Assembly (NCBI GenBank): GCA_040876835.1
Contig: JBBDOX010000016.1
Location: 23,414 to 87,413 of the forward strand
Reading direction: 5' to 3'
DNA length: 64,000 nucleotides
From: Candidatus Anderseniibacteriota bacterium
GTDB taxonomy: Bacteria; Patescibacteriota; Andersenbacteria; UBA10190
Shown here: piece by piece, positions 28,987 through 38,621 of the stretch
Layout: the number at the start of each line of letters is the position of its first letter
How positions within the stretch are numbered: position 1 is the stretch's first letter
Notes under the pieces: generated by a model
Databases searched by the model: none
Seen by the model: only the letters and a program-made list of their open reading frames with translations
Told to the model about the DNA's origin: nothing
Position numbers and translations under genes: made by a program

Positions 28987-29747
28987 GGAGCCACCAGCAA
29001 GACTACGGCATCAAGACGGTCAATATCGTACGGTAAAACTACCCGGGCTTCCTGATAGGCTTCATGTTCAAGGCTGAGTATATTGGTAAGTGAGCCAATG
29101 GTAAGTCCGGCCGGAACAGCACCTTCGCGGGCGGTTGTTATAACAGACTCCCCCTCTATGAGCTCAATATCTTTAGGGATAGTGGTGAGATGGAGGGAAG
29201 TGAAGTGACGAGCCTGTAAAAGGCCACGCGCTGCTGGTTTCTCGCTGTCGGTTGGCACGGTCTCGGCGGTAAGATTCGTTTGAGGGTGTAAGAGAGAAGT
29301 AACAACTGCAGACCTTTCATTAACTTCCGTGATAAATCCTATAAGTACTGAACCGTGAATCACTGCCGGAGAGCCAATGCTAACTCCATCTCGAATTCCC
29401 TTGTTAACCACGACTTGCGACTGAAAGGTATCAATCGGGCGCCCGACAATCCGGGCAGCAACTGGTTGGTACGATTCAAAGGCTGGTGATCCTAGTTGTG
29501 TCTGCAAACGGACATAGTCGCGTAGCTGCGCTTTGAGTCGGATGTTTTCCGCCTGCAGCCGATTTATCTGCGTGTACACTTCGGGAGCAGGTTCAACATC
29601 CCCCAGCCCGCCTGCTTTGCCCACTAAGGCAGTGACGGCGGACCAGGTGGCCAGGCGAGCCGTTCGCATGACTGGGGTCTGAAAAAATGCCAAGACGAGC
29701 AGCAGAGCGGCTAATGCTCCCAGGGCGACTATGGTACGACTTTTCAT
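28983..29747 (-). CDS. mreC: rod shape-determining protein MreC
   Basis: 254 aa with an N-terminal transmembrane helix, a coiled-coil (LQAENIRLKAQLRDY) and a beta domain. Confidence 0.75.
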   Translation of the reverse strand: MKSRTIVALGALAALLLVLAFFQTPVMRTARLATWSAVTALVGKAGGLGDVEPAPEVYTQINRLQAENIRLKAQLRDYVRLQTQLGSPAFESYQPVAARIVGRPIDTFQSQVVVNKGIRDGVSIGSPAVIHGSVLIGFITEVNERSAVVTSLLHPQTNLTAETVPTDSEKPAARGLLQARHFTSLHLTTIPKDIELIEGESVITTAREGAVPAGLTIGSLTNILSLEHEAYQEARVVLPYDIDRLDAVVLLVAP

Positions 29748-29767
29748 GCTCTATAGAATACCGAAAC

Positions 29768-30826
29768 TCACTTAAGCTGTGAATTATGCACGGAGGGTAG
29801 TAATACTTCCTGAAGGGATTCCAGATCTTCCAGAACGATTCCTGTGCCTCGAACGACAGCTGTTAGAGGATCATCAGCTACATGGGTGCGAATTTGGGTT
29901 GAGCGGGCTATTACCTCGTCTAATCCCCGAAGCAGAGCGCCTCCTCCGGCGAGGAAGATGCCTTGTTCAATAATGTCCGATAACAATTCAGGAGGGGTTT
30001 CTTCAATCGCATCTTTGATGGCCTCAACAATTGTTGTGATTGATCGCTGCATCGCCTCGCGTGCCTGCGGAGCGCTCATGATAATTTCTTTAGGTAGACC
30101 CGTTACAAGGTCTCGTCCTCGCACGGGCGCTTCCAGCGAATCATCAGAATCAATAGCGCTGCCAATCCGAATTTTAATTTCCTCAGCGCTGCGTTCCCCA
30201 ATTAACATATTAAAATGATCGCGCACGTATTGAACGACATTTTCATTAAGTTCATCTCCCGCTATGCGCAACGTCTTGTTGACCACAATACCGCCGAGGG
30301 AGATAACGGAGATCTCGGTGGTGCCACCACCAATATCAACCATAATATTTCCTTTGGCTTCATGGATCGGCATCCGAGCTCCAATTGCCGCTGCCATCGA
30401 CTCTTCAATCAGAAATACAGCCCTGGCTCCGGCCCGCAGACTGGCCTCTTCCACTGCTCGACGTTCAACTTCTGTCACTGATGAGGGAATACCGATTACG
30501 ATGCGTGGCCGGGGCATGAAGTGAAAACCGTTCTCGTGGACTTTCTGGATAAAATAACTGAGCATCTGTTCAGTAACCTCAAAGTCGGAAATAACGCCAT
30601 CGCGCAGGGGGCGTACCGCAACAATATGGGCTGGTGTTTTCCCGACCATGCGCTGGGCCTCCTTGCCGATAGCCAGAACTTCCCCAGTTTTGTTATTGAT
30701 CGCGACCACCGACGGCTCATTAATAACAATCCCCTCGCCACGAACGTATACGAGAGTGTTAGCCGTTCCCAGGTCAATACCAATATCCTGGGAGAATTTT
30801 CCAAGCATGTTATTTACAAACCCCAC
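29768..30826 (-). CDS. mreB: rod shape-determining actin homolog MreB
   Basis: 352 aa with the actin-fold phosphate motifs (IGIDLGTANT, MVDIGGGTTE). Confidence 0.9.
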   Translation of the reverse strand: MGFVNNMLGKFSQDIGIDLGTANTLVYVRGEGIVINEPSVVAINNKTGEVLAIGKEAQRMVGKTPAHIVAVRPLRDGVISDFEVTEQMLSYFIQKVHENGFHFMPRPRIVIGIPSSVTEVERRAVEEASLRAGARAVFLIEESMAAAIGARMPIHEAKGNIMVDIGGGTTEISVISLGGIVVNKTLRIAGDELNENVVQYVRDHFNMLIGERSAEEIKIRIGSAIDSDDSLEAPVRGRDLVTGLPKEIIMSAPQAREAMQRSITTIVEAIKDAIEETPPELLSDIIEQGIFLAGGGALLRGLDEVIARSTQIRTHVADDPLTAVVRGTGIVLEDLESLQEVLLPSVHNSQLK

Positions 30827-30835
30827 AATATGCGT

Positions 30836-32068
30836 CTAGTTAGTAACCTGTTTAATAAATTCCTCAGCAGACATCAGGGTGTTGTCCTGTTCAGTGCGAC
30901 GTTTTACTTCTATCTGTCCTCCGGTTTTTTTTGATACTACAACACGCCAGGGAATACCTAACAGATCAGCGTCGCCAAATTTATCACCTGGTGACACATT
31001 CCGATCGTCGTACAGCACATCTATACCCGCCTTCTGCAATGCCTTATACACACCATCGGCCTGGTTGCGGATTGTTTCATCGTCACCATTAAGACCAGCC
31101 AAGTAGACAGTGTATGGTGCCACGGAGTCCGGCCAGATAATTCCCCTCTCGTCATGGAATTTCTCTACCAACACTCCCATAATCCGGCTGGTTCCAATTC
31201 CATAAGAGGCCATATACACAGGCTTTTCTTGTCCGTCTTCATGTCGGAAGTGATAGTTGAAAGCTTTAGTAAACTTAGTGCCTAAAGGAAAAATATTTCC
31301 AACTTCGGAAGCCGGGTGCTGGGTGTAGCTCGATTGTACCTCTTCAGTCGCTACCTCTTTATTCCACCCATCTCCCTCATCGTTAACATAAATAGTATCC
31401 TCCCCGGATTCACACACCGTCTGAAACTCGTGTGAGAAGTCTTTCGTAAAATCTCCACCTGAGGCTCGAACAATGTATGTATCATCTCCCAAACCCACCC
31501 GACGAAAGACATTCATGTAGACCTCTTTAGCTTTCTCGTAATATTCCTGCATACTCTCCAGGCTGACGTGAAAGCTATACAGATCTTTCATGCGGAATTC
31601 CCGGCCGCGCAGCAGACCTGATTTCGGTCGTTCCTCATTGCGAAACTTCGTCTGAATCTGATAGACCCCAAATGGCAGGTCCTTGTAGCTGGGTTTCATC
31701 TTCTGAACAATCGGCGTGATGAGCTCTTCGTGAGTGGGGTTAATAATGAACGCCGTGTCATTCTTAGCCAGCGACGCTTTGTTGGCGCCTCGGGCTTCAA
31801 ATAGAACATCAAAGCCGGTTCTATTAGTTTGTTCCCACAGAGAGCGAGGTGAGAGAGTTGGCATTAGCATTTCCGCACCAATAGCATCCATTTCTTCCCG
31901 TACAATGTTTTCAATCTTGTTGAGCACTCGCCAACCTAACGGCAGAAATGTGTACACTCCGGCCATTGTTTGATCAATAAAGCCGCCCTTAATAAGAAGG
32001 GTGGCATTTATGGAATCAAACTGTTTCGATTCCTTTGTGGTTTTCAGGAGAAGTTGTGAGTAGCGCAT
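30836..32068 (-). CDS. proS: proline--tRNA ligase, short form (no INS editing domain)
   Basis: 410 aa with a class II core (motif 2 FRNE.RP..GLLRGREF) and a C-terminal anticodon-binding domain. It is shorter than the typical bacterial ProS of about 570 aa. Confidence 0.75.
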   Translation of the reverse strand: MRYSQLLLKTTKESKQFDSINATLLIKGGFIDQTMAGVYTFLPLGWRVLNKIENIVREEMDAIGAEMLMPTLSPRSLWEQTNRTGFDVLFEARGANKASLAKNDTAFIINPTHEELITPIVQKMKPSYKDLPFGVYQIQTKFRNEERPKSGLLRGREFRMKDLYSFHVSLESMQEYYEKAKEVYMNVFRRVGLGDDTYIVRASGGDFTKDFSHEFQTVCESGEDTIYVNDEGDGWNKEVATEEVQSSYTQHPASEVGNIFPLGTKFTKAFNYHFRHEDGQEKPVYMASYGIGTSRIMGVLVEKFHDERGIIWPDSVAPYTVYLAGLNGDDETIRNQADGVYKALQKAGIDVLYDDRNVSPGDKFGDADLLGIPWRVVVSKKTGGQIEVKRRTEQDNTLMSAEEFIKQVTN

Positions 32069-32073
32069 GGGGA

Positions 32074-33150
32074 TTAAATATACCGCTGGATATCTTTAAA
32101 GGTAATCAACACCATAAGGGCGATTAAAAACACGAAACCCGTTGTATGTACAATAGACTCGATTCTTCCGGGAATCCGGCGACCAAAGAGTTTCTCCAGT
32201 ATAACAAACAGAATACGTCCCCCGTCCAGTGCCGGCAGGGGCAGAATATTGATAATAGCCAGGTTAATACTAATCAGAGCCGCAAACTCCAGTAGGTATG
32301 ACAGCCCCAGTTGAGTGGCTTCATTGGTATACACGGCGATCGCCACGGGTCCCGATAAGGCCTCCCCGACATTTCCTTGCGTAATCAAGCGCTGCAGTAG
32401 CAGTGCAAATTGAACCACAATAGCTGCCGTCAGCTGTCCCGTCCGCTTTACTCCCTCCCATGGAGTTTTCCACCAGGGGGTCTTTTCCAATCCTGTTGCG
32501 GCAAGCGAGATACCCAACGCTCCCTCCCCTTCAGGTGGATTCTCGCGTGCCAGTATCTGCTTTTCTAGATGCTGGCCCTGGCGCTCGATTTCGATTGCAA
32601 CGTCGCTGCCGGCCTGTTCCCGCACCACGCGCTGAATATCTTCCACCAGCGGATTTTCGACTCCATTAATACTGACAATTCGATCGAACTCTTTCAGTTC
32701 CGCCTGCGCCGCCGGAGTGCCATCAATGACGTCAAGAATATATGTTTTGTGATCTGTTAAGGTTTGCGCGTTGTCGTCAGTCACCAGCGTTGGAGCTCCT
32801 AAACCTGACTGTACCGCCAGCAGCACTGCTGCCAGTACCAGATTCATCGTTACCCCTGCTGCCAGGATAACGATCCGCCAGCCCGCGGACTTACCAGCGA
32901 AACTAGTGGGTCCCGGGTCCTGCTCGTCCATGTTCTCACCTTCTATTTTGACAAAGCCGCCAATCGGTAGCAGGTTGAATGACCACCGTGTGCCATTTTT
33001 AACAAAGGAGGCTATACGGGGCGGAAATCCGAAACCAAACTCCTCCACGTTACAGCCAGCCTTCTTGGCAGCGATATAATGGCCCCATTCGTGCGCCAGC
33101 ACGAGGATGAGGAGCATGACAATAAAGACAATGACGGTGAGCCAAATCAT
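32074..33150 (-). CDS. rseP: RIP metalloprotease RseP (site-2 protease)
   Basis: 358 aa with HEWGH (HExxH) in the first transmembrane helix, a PDZ domain and an LDG motif. Confidence 0.8.
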   Translation of the reverse strand: MIWLTVIVFIVMLLILVLAHEWGHYIAAKKAGCNVEEFGFGFPPRIASFVKNGTRWSFNLLPIGGFVKIEGENMDEQDPGPTSFAGKSAGWRIVILAAGVTMNLVLAAVLLAVQSGLGAPTLVTDDNAQTLTDHKTYILDVIDGTPAAQAELKEFDRIVSINGVENPLVEDIQRVVREQAGSDVAIEIERQGQHLEKQILARENPPEGEGALGISLAATGLEKTPWWKTPWEGVKRTGQLTAAIVVQFALLLQRLITQGNVGEALSGPVAIAVYTNEATQLGLSYLLEFAALISINLAIINILPLPALDGGRILFVILEKLFGRRIPGRIESIVHTTGFVFLIALMVLITFKDIQRYI

Positions 33151-33515
33151 GGGGTTCAGCGTACCGGGAAATGACCTGTTTTACTAGCTTACCTTTTTTG
33201 CTCCCTCTCGTGGCTCAGGTCAAGGGACATGATCGCCATCCCAAAATAGTTGACTTAGTTATTATTATGAAGCATATCATGCGGAATGCTGGCACGAAGC
33301 CCAGTAGGCTTAGCCCCCTGGCCCCTTGAAGATGGACTTCAGGATGCGAACAAGCGAAGGGACCCAACAGGGTTCCCGAGGTGGCTCGGAGCAAGACGTT
33401 CACAACGTAGCTCATTCCGACGCCCATTGACGGCACAGCTACACGAGTCACCGAGTAGGAAAAGGTCCGCATTCATCACGTCCCGGAAAACGTTTCCTGG
33501 ACGTTTCCTTTTCTC

Positions 33516-34076
33516 TTATATCGTCGTAATCTCCTCTTCCTTCTTTTTAGTCAGAAGTGCCACTTCGTCGTTAGCTTTGGCAATGAGCTCATCCAGTTTT
33601 TTCTTGCCATCGTAGAAGTCATCCTCGGTGATGTCGTTTTTTTCTTTGTCGTCCTTTAAACCCTTTAAGGCTTCATCTCGACCCTGTCGTAGTCGAACCC
33701 GGGCTTCCTCTGCCTTGCCGTGCAAAACTTTTATTGTCCGCTGTCGCGATTCCTCAGTCATTGAAGGAAAGGCTAAACGGATAATTGAGCTGTCGGTTGT
33801 AGGATTTACGCCTAAATTAGCATTGGTTACAGCTTTTTCAATATCGCTCATAATATTTTTGTCGAATGGAGAAATGACCAGAGTGCGGGCATCGCTGCTG
33901 GATACGGAAGCCAGGCTGTTGAGCGGACTACGCGAGCCATAGGCCTCTACCGGAATTGATTCCACCAGATCAGGCGTTACCCGGCCAGTGCGCAAGGCAC
34001 CGGTATCTTTGCGAAACCGCTCCATGGTTTCCTGACGGCTGGACTCGAATATGGATTGGGCCTGTTGAAACGACAT
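33516..34076 (-). CDS. frr: ribosome recycling factor
   Basis: 186 aa with the canonical RRF fold sequence (RTGRVTPDLVESIPVEAYG.). Confidence 0.9.
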   Translation of the reverse strand: MSFQQAQSIFESSRQETMERFRKDTGALRTGRVTPDLVESIPVEAYGSRSPLNSLASVSSSDARTLVISPFDKNIMSDIEKAVTNANLGVNPTTDSSIIRLAFPSMTEESRQRTIKVLHGKAEEARVRLRQGRDEALKGLKDDKEKNDITEDDFYDGKKKLDELIAKANDEVALLTKKKEEEITTI

Positions 34077-34105
34077 ACAATACAGTGGATATATAAAATA
34101 TTAGT

Positions 34106-34792
34106 TCAAGTATTCCCTAGCTGGCGGAGCGTAGCAAGGAGGACTGTCGAGGCCATCTTCTCGTTGCCTCGCGAAGCTCGGATCTTGTAATAATCTCGCA
34201 GGCGCATCAGGGCTAGTTTGGTATATGGATTTACTTTTGTTCGGGACTGATGCAGCAGAAAACTGCCGATAGTCTCCAGCTCCTCTGAAGACAGTGTTTC
34301 TTTTTTGCTGGAAACAAGCAGGTCTGAAGGTAACGATACAATTGGGGATGCGCTTTTAATGACAGATATACCGGGTGCTCGCAGTGTCTGACAGCGCGAC
34401 ACAATTGTTGGCAGAACCCTGCCGGGATATGCGGTCAGCAGCAGAAAACGATTAGCCGAAGAAGATTCTTCCAACTCTTTGAGCAGGGCGTTGGCAGCAG
34501 TAATCTGGATGCGATCAACCGGTTCAATAACAATGAGGCGCTTATCACTAAAGGATGTTCGTGTCAGGTGATCAAGCAGCTCGCGAACTTGTTTAATCTT
34601 AATAGTATGCCCGTCTGGCTTCAGGTGATGCAGCTCGGTCTTAGCAGCAAAGTGTTCTATGGCGGAATGAATAAAAGCCTCTGTATCTTCGCTTGGAGAG
34701 ACGGTAACAAGGAGTGGCTGTTCTGTACGATCTGACTCAACCCAGCGGGATAGTGTGGGCCAGAACGACTCAGCAGTTCTCGGCTCGCTCAT
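34106..34792 (-). CDS. holB: DNA polymerase III delta-prime-like clamp-loader subunit (degenerate, no P-loop)
   Basis: 228 aa with the block NALLKELEE and the SRC-like motif IVSRCQ. The stop overlaps secF. Confidence 0.5.
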   Translation of the reverse strand: MSEPRTAESFWPTLSRWVESDRTEQPLLVTVSPSEDTEAFIHSAIEHFAAKTELHHLKPDGHTIKIKQVRELLDHLTRTSFSDKRLIVIEPVDRIQITAANALLKELEESSSANRFLLLTAYPGRVLPTIVSRCQTLRAPGISVIKSASPIVSLPSDLLVSSKKETLSSEELETIGSFLLHQSRTKVNPYTKLALMRLRDYYKIRASRGNEKMASTVLLATLRQLGNT

Positions 34793-35667
34793 GCACGCTT
34801 GGATAGGAATAGCAGGATTGGCGGTGCCACGAACCAGGAAGAGTAGGCGCCGGCGATAGTGCCCACAATGAGGGCGGCGATAAACCAGTGAATGGTGCTG
34901 CCGCCGAAGAGTAGTAGTGCAATGAGAACAAGCAGGGTTGTAAACGAGGTATTAAATGAGCGGGCCAGCGTTGCCACAAAGGCACGGTTAATAATATCCA
35001 GTAATTTCGATTGTCGGGACTGTCTCCATTCCGATCTCATGCGGGCAAACAGAATAATGGTGTCGTTAACTGAATACCCGAGAATAGCCAGCAGAGCTGT
35101 GACGAAGAGAGTGTCAATCGGCGCTCCCCATACTCTGCCGAGAATCGCAAAGGCAGCCGTTACGAACAGAATATCGTGCAGTAAAGCTATAACCGCAGCC
35201 ACCCCAAATTTCCACGACTCAACTAGCCCCCTCATGCTGCGGAAGGTGTAGGCCAGATATCCAATCATACCCACTACAACCAGGATGATGGCCAGCAGGG
35301 ATTTACGGCGTAGTTCCTGTCCAATCGTCGGACCGATGGATTCGAACCGCAACTCTTCTCCCTCCAGTATTTCTGCCTCCCGGAAGGCAGAAAGAATTTC
35401 CTCTTTCTTTTCCTGCGATATTTCAGGTAAGCGGATAATGAAAGAGTTTTCCTGCGTAGTTTGTATTGATGCATCAAAACCGAACTGCTCGCGCAGTATC
35501 TGTTTGGCAGGGCTCACCTGCTCGCTGCCGACAGGAAGTTCCAGCAATGATCCGCCCAGAAAATCAATACCCCAGTTTAGGCCTAGTGTGGCGATAATGA
35601 TTATGCTGGCAGCAATAGTTACTACTGAAATGCCAAGCCATACGTTTGGATATTTAAGCGGGGTCAT
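34789..35667 (-). CDS. secF: protein translocase subunit SecF
   Basis: 292 aa with six transmembrane helices and SecD/SecF family signature regions. Confidence 0.85.
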   Translation of the reverse strand: MTPLKYPNVWLGISVVTIAASIIIIATLGLNWGIDFLGGSLLELPVGSEQVSPAKQILREQFGFDASIQTTQENSFIIRLPEISQEKKEEILSAFREAEILEGEELRFESIGPTIGQELRRKSLLAIILVVVGMIGYLAYTFRSMRGLVESWKFGVAAVIALLHDILFVTAAFAILGRVWGAPIDTLFVTALLAILGYSVNDTIILFARMRSEWRQSRQSKLLDIINRAFVATLARSFNTSFTTLLVLIALLLFGGSTIHWFIAALIVGTIAGAYSSWFVAPPILLFLSKRA

Positions 35668-37001
35668 ACTGATGTACTTTTCTTTGCTCCGAGTAAAAAG
35701 GGCTTACGCGTAAAGCGTGGAGTCAGCGCCACGCTTAGCATGCCACGCGTTAAAACAATGGCAGTAAACATCGACAGTAAAATACCCAGCGAGAATGTTA
35801 AGGCAAATCCTCGGACTACAGACGTCCCAAATCCGTAGAGGATAAAGGCGGTAAATAGACTGGAAACATTCGAGGCTTTAATTGACTCCCAGGCCTCGGC
35901 AAAACCCTCCTTGAGAGCGTAGTTGAAAGTTTTGCCAGAACGAATATTCTCGCGGAGCCGTTCAAAAATCAGGACATTCGCATCAACAGCCATTCCAATC
36001 GACAGAATAAAGCCGGCAATACCGGCTAGCGTTAAGGTGATCGGCAAGAGTTTAACTACCGCCAAGAAGAACACTGCATATATTACTAGGGCAAGGGCTG
36101 CAACTACACCCGGCAAGCGGTAATATACAACCATCCAGATCATCACCGCCAGGATGCCGTAAAGACCAGCGGTAATGCTATGTTCAATCGAAATTTGTCC
36201 CAGTGTGGGACCCACGGTCTGCTGGCCAATTAACTCGATCGGGACGGGCAGGGCTCCGGCATTAAGACTGCGCGCCAGATCTTTGGCTTCTTCCAAAGTG
36301 AAGCCGCCGGTGATAACCGCACTGCCGTTGGTAATTTCTGATTGGACCACCGGTGCACTGCGTGGGACTCCGTCAAGGTAGATGGCAATACGCTTCCCGA
36401 TACTTTCTTTCGTTAACTCCGCAAACAGTTTTGCACCCTCACTGTCGAAGTTTAAGCTCACGGTCGGAATACCGGTTACGGGATCAAACTCCACCGTTGC
36501 ATTATCGAGATGCTCACCGGTTAGCTCTGTTCGTTCGAAGATTTGTTGGATGATACCCGCTTCCCCGTCAATATTGAGGGTACCATCTTCACCCTGAGTC
36601 TCTCGACGAAAATCCAGTTGGGGTGTCTGTCCAATAAGTTTAATTGCCTCGTTGGGATCATGGACTCCAGCCAGCTCTACAATTACCCGATACTCCTCCC
36701 CGACCTGGTTAGTTTGGATAACAGGCTCGGAAACCCCAAAGGCATTCACGCGTCGCTCGATTACATCACGCACCCCTGCCAAAGCCTCAGTAGAATCTTG
36801 GGAGCTGTTTTCGGCAAGCTTGGCTCGATAGATGAGGTGTGATCCTCCCTGCAGATCAAGTCCAAGTTTTACATTCAGGTCACGGTGAAACTCCCCGATC
36901 GAAAGACTGGGGTGGTAAGGGCTAGCAACCCAGCCAGCCAGGCCGATTAGGATAACCAAACCCGCTGATCCAAGTATTCGGTTGCGTGTCCGGGATTTCA
37001 T
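35664..37001 (-). CDS. secD: protein translocase subunit SecD
   Basis: 445 aa with a periplasmic head domain and six transmembrane helices. Gene order is secD-secF. Confidence 0.85.
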   Translation of the reverse strand: MKSRTRNRILGSAGLVILIGLAGWVASPYHPSLSIGEFHRDLNVKLGLDLQGGSHLIYRAKLAENSSQDSTEALAGVRDVIERRVNAFGVSEPVIQTNQVGEEYRVIVELAGVHDPNEAIKLIGQTPQLDFRRETQGEDGTLNIDGEAGIIQQIFERTELTGEHLDNATVEFDPVTGIPTVSLNFDSEGAKLFAELTKESIGKRIAIYLDGVPRSAPVVQSEITNGSAVITGGFTLEEAKDLARSLNAGALPVPIELIGQQTVGPTLGQISIEHSITAGLYGILAVMIWMVVYYRLPGVVAALALVIYAVFFLAVVKLLPITLTLAGIAGFILSIGMAVDANVLIFERLRENIRSGKTFNYALKEGFAEAWESIKASNVSSLFTAFILYGFGTSVVRGFALTFSLGILLSMFTAIVLTRGMLSVALTPRFTRKPFLLGAKKSTSV

Positions 37002-37095
37002 AACTGTTGATTGTATCCTACCTGTACTGTCAGGAAAAGTGGAGCTTCAAAATCACCCCTCTGACAAGGGGTGATTCGTTAGAGCCAAGAATGGA

Positions 37096-37743
37096 TTATT
37101 TCGAAGCCCCCGGACAGGTCGAGCAATCAACGGGACCATAGTAAGCTTCCGCGTGTTCAGGAGCCAAGGCTCGCACCTTGGTCGCCTTTTTAGAGCCGGG
37201 TAGATATTCAACTTCCACCGGCATACCGCGCATCATATGGGGCTCGACTATAGTATCAAGCGACATATGGAATGTCTGATAGAGTAGGTGCCCGTTAACA
37301 TTCACATCCCGTAATTCAATCCGCTCGTGATGTTCAACGTTTGCTATGTAACCCCTGGCGCGCAGCATGATCGGGGGTGTGTCGAAGCCCTTAAAGGATC
37401 CAAAGTTGGCAATTGTTTTCCCCTGAGCTTTATGCCACATCATGGCATCTACCAGCTGCTCAAATGTTTTATAGTGTCCGCTTACAACTCCGGCCGCAAA
37501 AGAACGTTGGGAGAATTCATTAACCGGCAGCCCCGCCTGTCGCAGGGCAGCGTTTACCTGTGATACACGAACGGGATGAGCAGCATTGGGTTTGTTCATT
37601 TCTTCAGCAGCGTGAGCGGGATTGTGGATAGCTCCTACTCCCGCAACAACTAAAGCGGCTCCAAAGAGCAGTAGTACAAAGCGCATTAAAAATACGGCAG
37701 TCTCAGTCGGCGATGTTGTTGTAGAGTGCTCCATAGAAAACAA
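37096..37743 (-). CDS. hypothetical secreted protein
   Basis: 215 aa with a signal-anchor at the N-terminus, a CSTCPGASK C-terminus, and no recognised family. Confidence 0.4.
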   Translation of the reverse strand: MFSMEHSTTTSPTETAVFLMRFVLLLFGAALVVAGVGAIHNPAHAAEEMNKPNAAHPVRVSQVNAALRQAGLPVNEFSQRSFAAGVVSGHYKTFEQLVDAMMWHKAQGKTIANFGSFKGFDTPPIMLRARGYIANVEHHERIELRDVNVNGHLLYQTFHMSLDTIVEPHMMRGMPVEVEYLPGSKKATKVRALAPEHAEAYYGPVDCSTCPGASK

Positions 37744-37841
37744 ATGTTAAGGTTCTTAGCACTCCCAAGCGTGCCGCCAAGGTTCGTTCCCCTGCAACAG
37801 TATGCAAAAGGTACTTTGTCAGCTTTGTTGACAGGTTTAGC

Positions 37842-38123
37842 TCAGGCTAATACCTCGTCCTGATATTCTGGAAAGTGGGTAGTGATTTCAGACAGACTAA
37901 ATTCCGGGAGGATGGATTCCTTAGGTTCGCGCTGCAACAGAAATTCAAAGGAAGCCTGCAGGAGCTCCTCCGGAGTATCATAGACTTCTGAAAACAGCTC
38001 CCAATACTCTTGCTCCAGGATAACCAGGTGAGTGGTTGTATCGGGGCCTTCTCCTACCAGCACCTCAAATTCCCACCCGTCGGCGAGTTTTTCCTTATTC
38101 TCAATAGAAACTTCTTCCATCAT
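37842..38123 (-). CDS. hypothetical small acidic protein
   Basis: 93 aa with a highly acidic composition. Confidence 0.35.
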   Translation of the reverse strand: MMEEVSIENKEKLADGWEFEVLVGEGPDTTTHLVILEQEYWELFSEVYDTPEELLQASFEFLLQREPKESILPEFSLSEITTHFPEYQDEVLA

Positions 38124-38179
38124 ATGTTTAGTAGATACGCCTTTACCCTGCGTACATTTTCGTTATTTTACAAGAATTA

Positions 38180-38530
38180 TCAACCGGGGTCCGGTTCTGG
38201 GGTAACAGTATGCAATACATATGAGACTAAAGACAAGATGACACTAAAGGCCAGGGCCCAGAGGAAGCTGCTGACAGAGAAGTCGGGTACAATCACACTG
38301 GCCAACTGTACCAAAAGGGCGTTAATGACAAACAGAAATAGTCCCAGTGTTACGATCGTAACGGGCAGAGTGAGAATAACGAGGAAGGGTTTCAGGAAAG
38401 CGTTGATAATCCCCAGTACCGCCGCTGTTACAAGCGCTGCCACAAATCCCCCAACTGCTACACCCGGGAGAATATAGCTGGTAATGAGGACAGCAATGGT
38501 CAGGATGATCCAGCGGATAAAAATATTCAT
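38180..38530 (-). CDS. phage-holin-4_2/DUF360 family membrane protein (YvlD-like)
   Basis: Starting at the internal Met (MNIFIRWIILTIAVLITSYILPGV.) gives about 116 aa with three or four transmembrane helices. It matches the DUF360 consensus closely (.LPG.....G......A.VLGL.NA.L.P.L..L.LP....TLGLF...INA.L). Confidence 0.6.
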   Translation of the reverse strand: MNIFIRWIILTIAVLITSYILPGVAVGGFVAALVTAAVLGIINAFLKPFLVILTLPVTIVTLGLFLFVINALLVQLASVIVPDFSVSSFLWALAFSVILSLVSYVLHTVTPEPDPG

Positions 38531-38621
38531 AGCCTCTACTGTACGACTATATGTATATATGTCTAGCGCAGAAATGCACAACTAAAACTCATTCGCGAAA
38601 TGACAGGAGAGTTATGTATCC

